From contig ADNK01001342.1 of NCBI GenBank assembly GCA_000320545.1, forward strand, positions 1 through 41,068: a DNA stretch of 41,068 nucleotides, written 5' to 3'. The stretch comes from Bigelowiella natans CCMP2755 (Eukaryota > Protista > Cercozoa). Below, piece by piece: positions 13,980-27,311 of the stretch. The notes beneath the pieces were generated by a model. It made no database searches, had not been told where the DNA came from, and worked only from the letters and a program-made list of their open reading frames with translations. The position numbers and the translations under genes were made by a program. Positions within the stretch are counted from its first letter, which is position 1. Each line of letters begins with the position of its first letter.

Positions 13980-14640
13980 TAGTTCAGTTATCCATCTAAC
14001 CTGGGCGAAATTTGATTTGTATTTTTTTGAAAGCTTGCGATGTCGTTCTTGCAGTGCCTAATATTCAGATTCCCACCGTCATACACCCATTCTTAGCAGT
14101 GCAACCTACAGAAAATCGGAATTGAATGACCTCAAACTCTCGGTTCAACTTTTTAATGCGGGCCTCATAGTCAATTCCGCCACTGTTCCCGAACAGAGAT
14201 GCGTTCCCAGAAGACTCCCCGGAAGTGATGATGGGGATATCTTCGTTTCTTGCCTGACCGATAATAGCGAGTGGGGTGGTTTTTCATTCTAATTTAAAAC
14301 GGAAATCACGCTGTGGAGTACCCTAGCCGCTTTTCGGTTGAGTTTGAGAATGGTGGAAGCCATTGCTCTATTGCGATGCTGAAGGCTTTATAGAAGGGGG
14401 GCGTATAGGGGAGGGAAGATGGAGTAGACAGTTTCGATTGATCCCTGTCTGTAAGCTCTCCTCCTCCTCCTCCTCCTTGGCTGGTGCTTGCACGAGAGGA
14501 GCCCTTACGGGAAGGAGTTCACTTTTAGTTTCTGATGGTGCAGTTGGCTTGTTTTCAGCCCGGCAAAAACCGTCAAAACGGCCTGGAAAAACAACTTCAG
14601 CCAAGCGAATTCTTCTGTCGCTTCCACATGTAGCCACCAC
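6394..14640 (-). CDS. Large multi-exon, largely low-complexity protein with three EF-hand pairs (6 EF-hands, calcyphosin-like modules); both ends uncertain and may be more than one gene
   Basis: Canonical EF loops DKNNDGRLTEEE and DLDDSGTVSFKE (~9500-9680), DNDNDNRMTLKE (~8680-8720), DSDRSGYISFKE (~8310-8450), DKDNNNVMTFGE (~7230-7270), DLDTSGDINFKE (~6830-6945). Upstream exons are Lys/Glu/Gly-rich (13073-13790, 10318-11630, ~14110-14250, 14368-14640). The start (14640 or up to ~14900) and stop (6394 if unspliced) are not resolved. Confidence 0.7.
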
Positions 14641-14973
14641 TCTCGCGGGTAACTGTTAGGTTCTAAGCAAGTAGTTGTGAGCTGCAGTAAGTGTAATTTC
14701 CGTTTGAAAGAAGCTTCGATTCTCCTGAAATCGGAAGATGTTTTATTGCGAAGACATGCTGCAGCAGCAATCTTAGGGCACTTTTTACGCTTTTATCTTA
14801 CGAGAAAACAACCAGCAAATGTCTTTGGAACACTTTCGATCAAAATCGAGCCGAAACTGATCTCGAGAGGACGGATATTGGCGTTTCACGACTGCGACAA
14901 ACATCGCTTTGGAGATTCACTGTGTTTTTTTACCGCGACACAGTCTCGCAGAGTTTTAGTATTTTAGTCCCCA

Positions 14974-15810
14974 ATGGCCCGAACCCTCGACGCTGCCGGT
15001 GCTCGTTGTAGCCTGGGTCTGGCAGAGGGCGTCTATAGCATGGTGAGGCCAATCGCACCTCTTTGGGTTCCGTCTCGGATTTGATAGGGTTCGTGCCTCT
15101 CAATAGGGCAGCCTGGCGCAGGTGTTACCGCCGTCAACTAGCGTCGTTGGCTATATCCGTCGCTAGAGAATGGCTACGAATAACAGATCATGGCTATCGA
15201 TTGCATGCTTCTGCAGTGCACTTGCTATCATCATGCTATCTCCACCCTCTCAACATACTCCGATTGCTTCGGATGGACATTCTCCTTCATCCCGCTGTCC
15301 CCCACTCCCCCGCGCGTTGTCCTGTACTCAAGAACAGCAACGACGCCGGCATCAAGAGCGAACGAAAATACGGAGTCGCTTAAGGGCCAAGGGTGCTTAT
15401 GGCATAAAACTCTACTTAAATTGCACTATAATTGCGATACGTTTGTCCCCTTAATCATTAATTTGACGCAATGCATACATGAGTAAACTTTCTCTCTATA
15501 TATTATTTCCCAGCGGCAGCGCTCCGGGGGGGCGGCAGTCAACAACGCCAAGACGACGATGTTACCGAGGGTAGCATCGGTGGTTATCCACAACGGAGAA
15601 AACGTTTCTTCGCAAATAACATTGTTCCTGACACAAGTGAGGAGGAGGAGCAGGAGGAGGGGGAGGGGGAGGAGGAGGAGGGGGAGGGTAGCACTTGTAA
15701 CTCGAACGACAACTCCCAAATCGCCTCTCGTAGTGGAGGAGTACAAATACCACCGAGTCGACCCTTTTCGGTAGTACAAGATATGAGATATCTTTACAAC
15801 CGCATTCCAC

Positions 15811-15873
<63 letters not shown>

Positions 15874-18800
15874 CCTAGATCTTATCTTCGCGTACATATA
15901 TAAATATGTGTAAACCTGTAGTTGCATTTTAGTTGTAGTTATCCATCACGTGTACATAACGTGTAATTGCATTTTCGGTCGGACTCGGGTTAGCAAGCCA
16001 CCCTGTATCTACTGATTTCCTTGCTTTTTAATATGAAGATGTTAATTTCAAGCGAGGAGGACAAGGAGGAGGGGGGGGGGGGGCACCCCACAGATAGCCA
16101 TGCATCGTGGTCACAGCAGCGAATGGGAAGGAGGTCTGCTCGTGCTGCAGCTGCTGCTGCTAATTTTGATCCCGACTATATGACCCAGTTCGCTCAGGGT
16201 AGCGTCTACAAAGAGGTCGGTCTATTTTGCTACGATCATCAGCCCTGCTTCTCACTTTAAACTAAATGCCGCACACACTTACACACACACACACACACAC
16301 ACATGTGCATGCGTTTCGACAACATGTGTGTCTGTTTGAATGAATATGCAGCTGATGCAATTGGGAAGGACTTCGCCTGGGTTGGTGTCACATGTGGCCG
16401 GATATCCGAGAGTGCGAGGGTGAAGCATCAGAGAGAAATAAGAGATATAAGACAGAGAGAGAGAGGGAGGGAGAGAGAGAATTAAAGGGCACAGCAGGGA
16501 GTGAGTGGGGGGGGTTGGAGGGGAGGTGAGGGTCATGGAGGCGAGAGATTCACCCGTAAGCGACAACGTTTGAGGGTATATTCCCTAGTTGCAATGAAAA
16601 ATGCCATTCTTTGATGCGGTCGACTTTCCTGTGCCGTTACTCTCGCAGGTATCGAGATGGGAGTGCCAGACATTCTCGCTTCAACAACCCGACCTTCATC
16701 GCGGTATTTCGTGCGGTCGGTTTTTGTCGCGAAAATGCACGAAAACCCTCCTAGTTATATTATCCCCATCCCGCGTGATTGATGTTTGGAAAATTAATGG
16801 TAATGGTGATGGCGGTGATGATGATGATGATGATAACCTATATTGTTAGGTTGATCGTGACTGTCGTTGCATCTATCTGGCGGATACGGGAAACAACGTC
16901 GTTAGAAGGATAGACCTTCGGGCGACAAGCAACCGAGGATTTCGTCGCGCCCCTCCCCTCCCTCACGATTCTGAAGAGGCAAACGGCACGCAGAGCGGCG
17001 AGGGACAACAGCAACAACAAGGCGTCGACCATGCAAATAATTGTGGAGACATCGAAAATGGCGGGGGGTTCCACGATAGAGTCCACCGTGGCGGTGACGA
17101 AACAGCTGCTGTGACGACGTTCTGGGGAAGTAACGGTAGTAAGCTCTGGCAAGGACTTGACCTGGCCTTCCACAGTCTTCTCCTCCCCTGAGCAAACCTC
17201 TGTGGCTTTGTTGTATGTGTGCAGACGTTGAAGTGCCCTATCCTGAGGTCGCCCCAGAGAGCCCCTTCTACCTCTCGTCACCCTCGGGTAGTAAATATAA
17301 TAAATCGGGAGGTTGGGGGTAAAGAGGGGCGGGAGGATGGCAATGATGATGTTGTTCTTCTTGATGATGATGATGATGATGATGATGACGATGACGATGA
17401 TGAGAAGAATGGGTGCTGAGGATAAAGAGCCATGCGCGGCGGGACAAGCAAACACAGTGGTGGTGGCTAAGCAAATCGCAAATGCGGGAAATGGACATAT
17501 GATTATCTGCTCCGACCGACCTGTCTGTGCATCTCTCTTCCATTGCTCTTTCTCTCCAGGATTGGCTATAGACAGGAGCTCGTCGTTCCTATATATTGCC
17601 GACACATGGTTCGGTCGGGTCCGTCGCGTTGACCTAACGGGTGGATCTGCGAGCAGCAAGGCGGGTGGAGAGAATAGCCAGGGAGAAGCGGGGAGGGGGA
17701 AGGCGTTGGGAGGGACGGAGAAGGAGAATGAGGGGGATGAGGAGGAAGGAGAACCAGATCGCAGATCGATGATACACAGCAAAGGGTATGTGAAAGCAAC
17801 GAGGATGATGGTGGTGATAGTGATGAGGAAAATCATTGTCGTAGCGCGCTGCCGCTTTCTCCTTCACCGTCTGTGTTGCCGTCGTCATTGTGATTGTTGT
17901 CGTTGTTCTCTTCTCCAGCACGACACTCTGCGAGACTGGAAGAGATCAGGGGATATTTGGGTTTGACGAACGGGTTCAAGGTGAGTGTGGCTAGTAGCAG
18001 TGATAGTAATAGTAGGTGTACTTGTAGTTGTAATTACATTCAAGGTAGCAGCAAGAAGAAGAAGAAGAAGAGGAAGAGGAAGAAGCCTAGCCTGATACTA
18101 CAAGGCTCTCAGCCTCGGCGCTTCCTCTTCTTCTTCTTCTTCTTCTTCTTCTTCTTCTTCTTCTGCTACTTCTTCTGTTTCTCTTTGCTGGTTCTCATTA
18201 TTGTCGTTTTCGTTGTCGTCGCACCCTCAGGGCAGCCATATGGCCTGGCAGTGAACGGGTCCGATCTCGCCATCAGCGATAGTGTGGAGCATGTGATACG
18301 GCGGTTCCCTCTACTCACGCAGCAGCAGCAACGTCTGCGCCAGGAGCAGCGTTCTCTAGAACCCAATCAGCTTCATCCCACTGCTGTGCCCTTCACTGGT
18401 CTTTGTCCCAAGGACTATCATGGGTCTGCTGCTCTCTCCTTCTCCTCCTCCTTCTCCTCGTTGTCGTCGTCGCCATTGTTGTAGCAGCAGCCATAGTGGT
18501 AGTAGTAGTAGTAGTAGTAGCAGCAGCAGCAGCAGCCAGAAATACCGGGTGGTGCTACAGGTTAATAGGCATTACATGTCTTCTTCGTTGTCGTTATAGC
18601 GCGGATATGCATGCCAGAACGACAATGGAATGACCAATCGCTTGCTTTGTTTTGTTTTTAAAAAAGGTATAAGGACGGAGAGCCGCATGAGACTCAATTT
18701 GCACATCCAATCGGAACCGCGTAAGTGATGATAATGATGATGATGTTGATGATGATTTTTATGATGATGGAGGTGAGGAGGAGGAGGAGGAGGAGATGGG

Positions 18801-18967
18801 GATTACGATGATGAGGACGATGTGGCAATGCTATGACCGAAAACACCTCTGTAGAAGATAATTCTCGAACAAATGGCACGACAAGAAGAAGAAGTATTTA
18901 TCCGTTTTCCCAACAAGCAAATGATGATAATATGCCTGTACCATTATATCGCATCAGCGTGGTGACA

Positions 18968-19007
<40 letters not shown>

Positions 19008-20053
19008 ATACACAATCACACACACATAGGTACGACCGAAGGGGGAATCTGTTTGTCGCTGACTCCTCCAACCACGTCATTAGAAAGGTGATACTCTGAG
19101 CGCTGATGCATTGCAAATAGGCAAAAAGTGGCAGATGGGCAATGGTGATTTCGCTTCTCGCGTTTTGCTGTTGCACCCATCGTCTGTTGGTACTATCAGA
19201 TCGATCGGTTTGGCAACTCGAAGACATTCGCTGGCTTCCATCTTGGCCCCCAGACGTTGGGGAACTTTGGCGGGTAATAATAATGCGATACGGAGATGCC
19301 GTGGGGTGGAGAAGGGAGGAGGAGAAGATTGTGGTGGTGATGATGGAGAAGAAGACGAAGAAGACAAAGAAGATGATGGGCAACTGTGGTGCCCGAGGGA
19401 GGAGGAAGAGGAGGAGGAGGAAAGACTAAGATGACGATGAAGAAGAAGAAGAAGGGGTCATTAGTAACGTTCTTTTTACACTGTTTGTTTTCAATAGGCA
19501 TGTGGATGGTAATGCGCTGAGGGCTCGTTTTAAAGACCCAAGGGTACTACGATGCTTCTTGTGGTGGTAGCAGCCATGGCAAACGAGGGCTTGCAGGATC
19601 CGTATTACTATGACTCCCTCGCGTCCAAGCTGAATCAACTTATGCTGACCCTTGAGCTCTAACCTCTTTTGCAACGTATTTTTGATGTATCGTGCATCAT
19701 CAGGCACTTGCGCTGGACAGAACCGGAAATATATACGTCGCGGATACTGGTTGTTGTTGTTGCTGCTGCTGCTGTTGCTTTCGTTATCGTTGTCGTCACG
19801 TCGGCGTGAAATGCGTAGTTATAGCCTTGTTACCCTCCTTACTAACGGTGGAGTTGCTCACAACATCTTCCTGGGCTGCTGCGTGCGTGCCTTGTTGACC
19901 TGCGTAATAGGTAATCATGTGATACGTAAGATCACGCCAGCAAGAGAAGTCACCACAATTGCTGGCCGAACCTCCCTCAAAGGAGATCAAGACGGCCCGT
20001 CTCTGGTTGCTCGGTAGTACGTGTAGGAGATAGAGAGAGACAGATAGATAGAG

Positions 20054-20097
<44 letters not shown>

Positions 20098-20624
20098 TGT
20101 GCGTGTGTGCGTATGTGCGTATGTGCACGTGTGTGTTTGTGGCTTAGTGTGTGGCATGCATCTATATAACGTGGATCTTGAGAATAAACGGTGACGTTCT
20201 CTTGCACGCACGGCCAGAGGATAATCTTGGCGTTCTCACCATTATTTGTCTCCAATATGATGAAGCAAGGAAGGGGGCGCTTCTTTTTTTGAATGGTTTG
20301 TTCGTTGATGTTAACGACCTCCTCGTTCAGATTTCGGAGTCCAAATGGCATTGCCGTGGACAGGTAATCACCACTACTACAGCATGCTTATGATTGCAAT
20401 AGGATGGGACATTGTGACATCAACGTGCAGACGACGCATGATGAAATGTGGCCAGCACCAACTGATAATTTCCCCACTCTGTTGACCTCATTTCCCCGTG
20501 TAATGCTAGGAGCGGAACGGTCTATATATCGGATAGCGGGAATCATTGCATCAAGAAGCTCGAATTGGTCCCTGAGGCTTTGTTATTGAGTCACAGCAAG
20601 CCCAATGCAAATCGCCAGCACTGA
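14974..20624 (+). CDS. NHL-repeat protein (six NHL repeats, predicted 6-bladed beta-propeller); 5' end uncertain (14974-16035)
   Basis: NHL cores: VDRDCRCIYLADTGNNVVRRIDL (~16848), LAIDRSSSFLYIADTWFGRVRRVDL (~17560), QPYGLAVNGSDLAISDSVEHVIRRF (~18232), YDRRGNLFVADSSNHVIRK (~19030), LALDRTGNIYVADTG|NHVIRKI (~19705-19935), PNGIAVD|RSGTVYISDSGNHCIKKL (~20340-20565). Typical linkers GYRDGSARHSRFNNP, GHVDGNALRARFKDP, GDQDGPSLVARFRSP. Stop TGA 20622-20624. Confidence 0.85.
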
Positions 20625-21240
20625 ACAAGCATGCGAGCACAGCAACACACAGGCACTGATGCATGATGTCTGCTAAATGTATATATTTTCGAGCAAACAT
20701 ACTCACTGCCGTAAAAAATAGAGCTGGAGCAAACAACACGCAAACTTCATTTGCTTTGCGCCAGCCACAGCGACAAACCTGGTCAAAACTGGCTTCTGGC
20801 AACACTGGCATTTTCAGAAGTGAAACAAGTGAGAATCAGCACCAGAGCAACACGACAAAAGAACGATGCAGCCAGTCAGGCGGAAGTTGAACAGCATCGT
20901 GGTGCATGCTGGCATGTGCTCGAACTACGCACACGTTGAAAATTGCGGCTTGTGCAGTACATTGTGCGCATCGTGTAGTTGTTATAATTACAAATGCATC
21001 TATGCCGTGACGTACGTCCTCGATGTCACGCAGTGCGCGCAGCAGTCATTGTTCGATCATGCTTCATTTTTGGCTGTTGCTCAATGCTCTAGCAGTAGGC
21101 ACAGCTACGTGTGCTGCGTGCGCTGCATTGCGATGACGTACATAATTTGTGGCACACACATACCACACGTAAAATATATTGCCTTGTTGTGTTGCACTGT
21201 GCCCATGATTGGCTTTGGACACAGTGGACACCATTGTCAT

Positions 21241-22320
21241 GCATGATGGACCAGACAGTGTGTGGGCGATGCATGTGCACTGTTGTCCATTGTCATGCAG
21301 CAACTGCTCTCCAATCCATGCGCATGCTTACAGAGAACGAACTCGTATGGCGAAACGATTAATCTTCTTTTTTTTCGAAATCTGAGATTCCTCGTCCAAA
21401 ATGTTCGGGCACTGCGCCAAATGAAACCGCCATGCTGGAACTCGTATCTCCTGTTGCCATGTTGTGAAATGAACTGGGGTAGGCTAGCAGGTGATGGTGG
21501 CGCACGGGGCTTGCCAAAGGAGACTCTCTAGCTCCCAATGGACTTTCCAACATCACATGTCTTTGCCACACTGCGCCGATTCAGTGATTCACAGCAGGCG
21601 CACGTGTGGAGAGTTGTGCGTGTGCTTGTGTGTGCGCGCGCGCGCGTGCGTGTGTGTGTTTGCACGTGTGCCTTCACTTTTCACACGGTGAAGTAGAGTG
21701 CGCGAAGGTGGTGTTGGGGAAAGCTCCAAAACGAGTCACCAATCACGCGACGTTTTCGTTCGCAGGCAAGTGAAACCTGGCTCCTTCTTTGCGGCGAGGA
21801 CGAATCATCCTTGGCGACCATTGTCTGTCTCTCCCTGCAGTGGGTGCTCACGCTTTGTTGCTGCAGCTGGGAGAGCCAACAAGTTCACACACGCCCACGC
21901 GGCCACAAAAACAGCCAACGACCGTGTGTTCGTGATGAATCGTGTGCGACCGCCTGCGACGACCACCGGAGGCCAAAGTGAATGGCAGATGAGTGATGAT
22001 AGACACAGCAATAGTGCAGCAGGCTGCAATTGCAGGTGCGGTCAGCAGAGCTGTTGGAAGGGAGCGTGCATGAAATTTCAAAATTGTTTGAAGTGAAATC
22101 CCGGAGTTGGACCGGCAATGCTTGATTTTTCACGTCCTGGGTGCCCCAATTTGCCACCATTCTGCTTGACACCGGCAGGTGACTGGTTTCTGACTCCAGC
22201 TAGCATGTTTGCATTTGACATTCAGTCGCACCGTCAAAGTGTGCTGATTTTTTGGCACTTGTGCTTTCCGCTACAAAAGTGTTGTCGCGCTTGGTTTTAG
22301 CAGTGACATCTTTCGCAATT
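21241..22320. other. TpA-depleted intergenic island 1 (putative hypermutated relic/repeat DNA)
   Basis: 13 TA dinucleotides counted in 1080 bp (about 65 expected if A and T are each ~25%). CG, TG and CA are abundant; no credible ORF. Confidence 0.8.
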
Positions 22321-22369
22321 CATTCTCGTCCATCGTGCCATCTTGTGGGGTAGGACCGAGCGCTGCTAG

Positions 22370-22805
22370 ATGAATCCATTGCTGTTCATTCTTCTTCTCT
22401 CTGTGGCAAGCGCCCAGGCGCGGGGTTTCCCCTTTGGAAGAGCCCGTGCAAACCATCAATGTCAGGGAAGTACTCAAACGTGCTCGGACTCAGAGACATG
22501 CTGCAGTGACGAGGCTGGAGGGTGAGAACAGATTCGGTTTCGTACACCAAGGCCATTCTCATCATTGATTTGCTCTAGGTACCTGTGCTGCATGACCACG
22601 GACATATTGCCATCGCAAGGTGGCTCTTGCTGCGGAGGTGGGTGCTGCAGCCACGGCGAGTCTTGTTGTGCTGATGACCAGGTTTGCCTCATTTATCTTT
22701 CGTTGACTTTTGTTGGCTTTTGTCTTTTCCTTGGTGAACGCTACGGTGTAAATCTATAGAACCCCTCGTATTCTCGCAAACCTCCACCTTATCTTTCTCG
22801 CTCCC

Positions 22806-22865
<60 letters not shown>

Positions 22866-23918
22866 CCCCTCCCTTTCTTTGTCTCGCTCGCTTCCCCCCT
22901 CTGAGTTGTCTAAGTGAACTTTGTTTCCAGGGTTCCACCTGCTGCCTTGTTCAAAACTCATTCTGCGTGCCGAAAGACTCCTCCACCGGCACTTACCCGG
23001 CCCGCTGCTGCCCCCGCTGGACGGTGGGGTGCGCGGTGGGCAGCGTCGGGTGTTGCGATCCTGCACAGGCATGGCAGAGGCTCAGCATTGAGAAAGACGA
23101 AGACTCCTTGCCACGGTCCACGCTTGTGTCGAAAGATGACCGGTTCTTCGATGAAGGCGAGGATGCGATTCAAGGGACCCCGGCATATGCGCTAGTGGTT
23201 TCGGGCGCCGCCAAACAGACGGCCGCACTTCTGGTGGGGCTTTGGGCGGTGGAGAGGGGGGTGGGGGGGGGGGGGCTAATCATGCATCCATACACGAGGT
23301 TCTTGAAATCTAACCCTGGCTGATCCCCTAGGCTCTGACCATCGACACCTCCACCGGCAAGATAGCACGCAAGCTCCCCGTGACCGGATTTGCGGCGCAC
23401 GACCCCGCCGGCGAGTCCACGCGCGAGTTTCTATGGGACACGAAACGCAAGCTCTTTTATTACTTCGATGCCAATTTCACGGCGAACGGGGGCGCCAGAC
23501 CTGCAGGAGGTCCGCCTTAAGCATGCATAATGGAATGTACCCACCCACGCACACGCACACGCGCACACACACACGCACACACACACACACACACACACGC
23601 GCACACACACACGCACGCACACACATACACATTATGTTGTCTATGTTATTTGTTCCCTACATTCACATGTTCACGGATTCCCAGGAAGAGATACCTATTT
23701 GGTGTCTGTCGATCCAACCACGGGCCAGGCGAAGCCGATGCTAGTGGAGGGCGCTAAGGACTACCCTACAGGTTTTTTGTTTCTGTCTTCGTGCTCCCTC
23801 GATTCCTTCTTTGCATATATTATGACATATATGTATTATATATATATATATATATATGCACATGTTTGTGTATCCTGAGACTGCGCGCGCCCTGGTTCTA
23901 TGTCCGAAGATCAAACAC

Positions 23919-23964
<46 letters not shown>

Positions 23965-23970
23965 ACACAC

Positions 23971-24019
<49 letters not shown>

Positions 24020-24752
24020 ATGCCAGGCTACGCTCTGCACGAAGACGGGCACGTTCGTATGGCGACGGAGGCCTGGGACAACGCCGGCAAGAGCGTTGTG
24101 GGGTACCATTTCTACTCGGTGGATCCAGAGGAGGCCAAAGCCACGCTCCTGGCCTCGAATGTGAAGGGGTCGGGAGAATCCGGCAACCCGGAGTTCTACG
24201 CAGGGTATCATATTGACGCCTTCTTGCCTTTCGTTCTTGTTTGCTGTTGGGTGTCTGCTGGTGGTGGCGGTGGCGGGGCGGTCTCCCTCCCACCCCCGCG
24301 AATGAACGGCCCATGTTTCTGAACGTCTGCGGCACACGAGCAGGTACCACCGAGGCGTGTCCGTGGATGGCAGCAGCGTTTATCGCCTCGGCTACGAGGA
24401 AGTGACCCAGATGACCACGCAAGGCCTCGGTGTGACCACCGTCGCCTCCGGCTCCAAAGCCACGACGAAGTGGGTTCCAGAACCGGCACAGGGCCACGAT
24501 TTCTTCTTGACGTTTGACCGTCTCGGCAACGACAGTGCGCTGAGCGGGGGGGGTGAGACGTTCCTTTCACTCGCGCCCAGCACCTCGAAGAGAAGCAGGA
24601 GCCTGGATGTCGTGCAGTGGTCGATCGAAGGTCGTCTTCGATCGTGGCACAGAGACACGAATGCATCGCGCACCGCCTTTCCTCGCCTTTTTTCCTCTTC
24701 TTTTTCATTTTTGTCAGTTTTTGCCCTCCACCCTCCACACTCGCGCCCAATA

Positions 24753-24800
<48 letters not shown>

Positions 24801-25192
24801 CCGGAAACTTCTGACATGAGATGATGCATGCATGCCCCTACAGACTCCAACACGTACGAAGTCATCGCGTCGTTTCCCAACGCACACCCCCCGCGTGCCA
24901 CGGGCCTCGGCACACTGGGGTACGTGGCCACAACTCTCTCCGGAAACAGCTATGCTGCCCTCGTCGTCGAGTATGGTAGGGTCACTTTCCTTCTTTGCTT
25001 GCTGCACAGCAACCAACTAGTGTGCGCACCTTGCTCATCGCATGACTATGATGATGAACAGGAATGCAGCCCATGCTGGATCGTTGGTCGATTGCTGTGG
25101 TAGACCTTTCGTCCCCAAAGAACTCGACGATGCACCCTCTTTCCCCATGGAGCGCAGCTGGCATCTGGTCGGCTTCCGGCCTTGGGCTTTAA
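22370..25192 (+). CDS. Secreted protein: signal peptide + Cys-doublet-rich (granulin-like) N-domain + probable beta-propeller-like domain
   Basis: MNPLLFILLLSVASAQA signal peptide. About 9 GT-AG exons splice into one frame: QCQGSTQTCSDSETCC...YLCC...SCCGGGCCSHGESCC...STCC...RCCPRWTVGCAVGSVGCCDP, then repeated motifs ALTIDTSTGK, YLVSVDPTTGQ, FYSVDPEEAK, WSIAVVDLSSP. N-glycosylation sequons NFT, NDS, NST. Stop TAA 25190-25192. Confidence 0.78.
23922..24015. repeat. Compound (CT)n-(CG)n-(CA)n microsatellite in intron
   Basis: Direct inspection. Confidence 0.95.
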
Positions 25193-25972
25193 TCACCACG
25201 TCTTTTGTGTTCACATCGTCGCCGCCTTGGCTTGACATGCGCGAATGTTGTTGAATTAATACCATGTTTTGCGCTATAGTGGCGTACCGCTAGACCCGCT
25301 CTTTCCATTCTCGTTTTGCCATATCCAGGTTGTAGCGTAGGTCAATCATCATGTTGCCATTCACGCAAGTTTCGCGTCGTTGTGTTACACACCCTACGAT
25401 GCTAGCTTGGCAACGGGCAGCAGCAAACAAAGGAAAATACACGCTCATTTCAGGATTGTACATGATGGATATAGCGTCATGCTCCATATGTTTGCTACAC
25501 GTGCCTCCAGTAGCTTGTAGCATTTTGTATATACGCCTGAGCCCATGCATGCCAAATCTAGAAATGCTTACACATAATCTAGATAATACCCGCAGCATGC
25601 ACATAAATCATGGTTTTCGCGGCCAACGGGATGCACTCTACCACGCACATAGTTGTCTGTCTGTTAATGCAATATCCTAGGTTAGAGAAAGTGCGCGAGT
25701 GCGGCAAAACTATACATGCATGCTGCTTTCGTGTAACAATGAAAGAGCAGTCATGCGCTACATGGTACCTCTGTAATTTTATACAAAGTGCAATAGGCTA
25801 ATTACGGTGCCCTGTAGTGCGAACAATATCAATACGATGGGCTGTGATGCTTAAATGCATTGCTAATTAAAATGTGACAGATTTTTCATTGAGCAGAGAT
25901 TCCACGCGATTACGACAACACGCGTTACATTGCTCTTACGATCGACGACTGTATATTTACATATGTATAATG

Positions 25973-26006
<34 letters not shown>

Positions 26007-26090
26007 ATATTCATTATTAACTCAATTCCCACATCAGTGGTAGCTTTTACCAGCTTGATATCACAAAAACTGTGAGTTCTCTATGAGCGA

Positions 26091-26730
26091 TTACTTCTTC
26101 ATGTGGTTGTGGAGGCTGTTGATGATTCTGCAAAAACAAGCAATGCCATCAGCATCATCATCGTCATCAGCATCATCATCGTCACCATTCCCATAATTGA
26201 TTCTGCGACAACTTATTGTGCCGATGTGGAAGTTTGCATATCATTTAATTTGTTTGGGATAGAAAATATACCTTTTGAGGTCAATCCCCTTAACCTCCTC
26301 CACCTGCAATCACACGTCCAAAAGCCAGTGAGACTCAAAGGAAGTTTTAACGGTAAGAACACCAACACTTTTCGCAAACATAGACATGAATAGCGGCGTT
26401 TTCCAACAGCACGTTCACTCTTCATCGTTTGAACAATCATCGTCATGGTCTTCTTCTGGCTTGTTCTTTCATGCTTCATCAACACAGTCGTGCACGTCAT
26501 GTGTGCTCGGCTGCTGAGCTAGGCGCCCACTTCCATGCATAGCATAGCATTGTGCGAGGCGTGCGTATTCCTCCCTCCCCTCCTCACCTTCCGGGCGTCC
26601 CGGAACATGTGGATTGTGGGGTACTCCTTGATTTCCATGTCGCGACAGACTGCGCGCGCCCCTTGCTGGTCCACCGACACAAAAATGACGTCTGGGGAAG
26701 GCGAAAGAAGGAAAAACAACACACACACAT

Positions 26731-26768
<38 letters not shown>

Positions 26769-27192
26769 CGAGAAGGAGAGAATGTGAATGGACGATCTTG
26801 CCGGTGGGGTCACTACGACTCTGGCCTTTCTAAGCAGGCGTGCGATCATGCACCGTGCATCCGGCCACGTGCCACATGACAACAATAGGCCGTGGAAACG
26901 AGAATGTCTGAGGGGGAAGAACCTTCGTAGCCTGCCTGCTTTGCTATGCTCCCCATCTTTGCTCGCACATATCTGCACGATGTGAATTGCGTTAGAGCAC
27001 ACGTGTCTCTGTATGATGACGATTACGTCGACACACAAGGTTCCACTAATCTCCCACGCGAAGGAACACATCACCAGAAAGAATTCTCGTATGCTTTGCA
27101 TATCTTCTCCCCTTTCTTTTTCTCTCTCCCCCCCCCCCCCCCCCCCCCCCCCCCTCTCTATATCTGTCTATTTTTAAAGTACACAGTAGATT

Positions 27193-27225
<33 letters not shown>

Positions 27226-27274
27226 TTATATTTCCCCAACATTACTAAACATATTTACTCAACCAATATATAGA

Positions 27275-27311
<37 letters not shown>

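Noticed and set aside
16838-17836. 332-aa minus-strand ORF
   Set aside because: Antisense shadow of NHL exons and (GAT)n repeats; the plus strand carries the recognisable motifs.
38-27250. Numerous 60-140-aa ORFs with CVCVCV, HTHTHT, ERERER, IYIYIY, LSLSLS runs
   Set aside because: Translations of intronic microsatellites.
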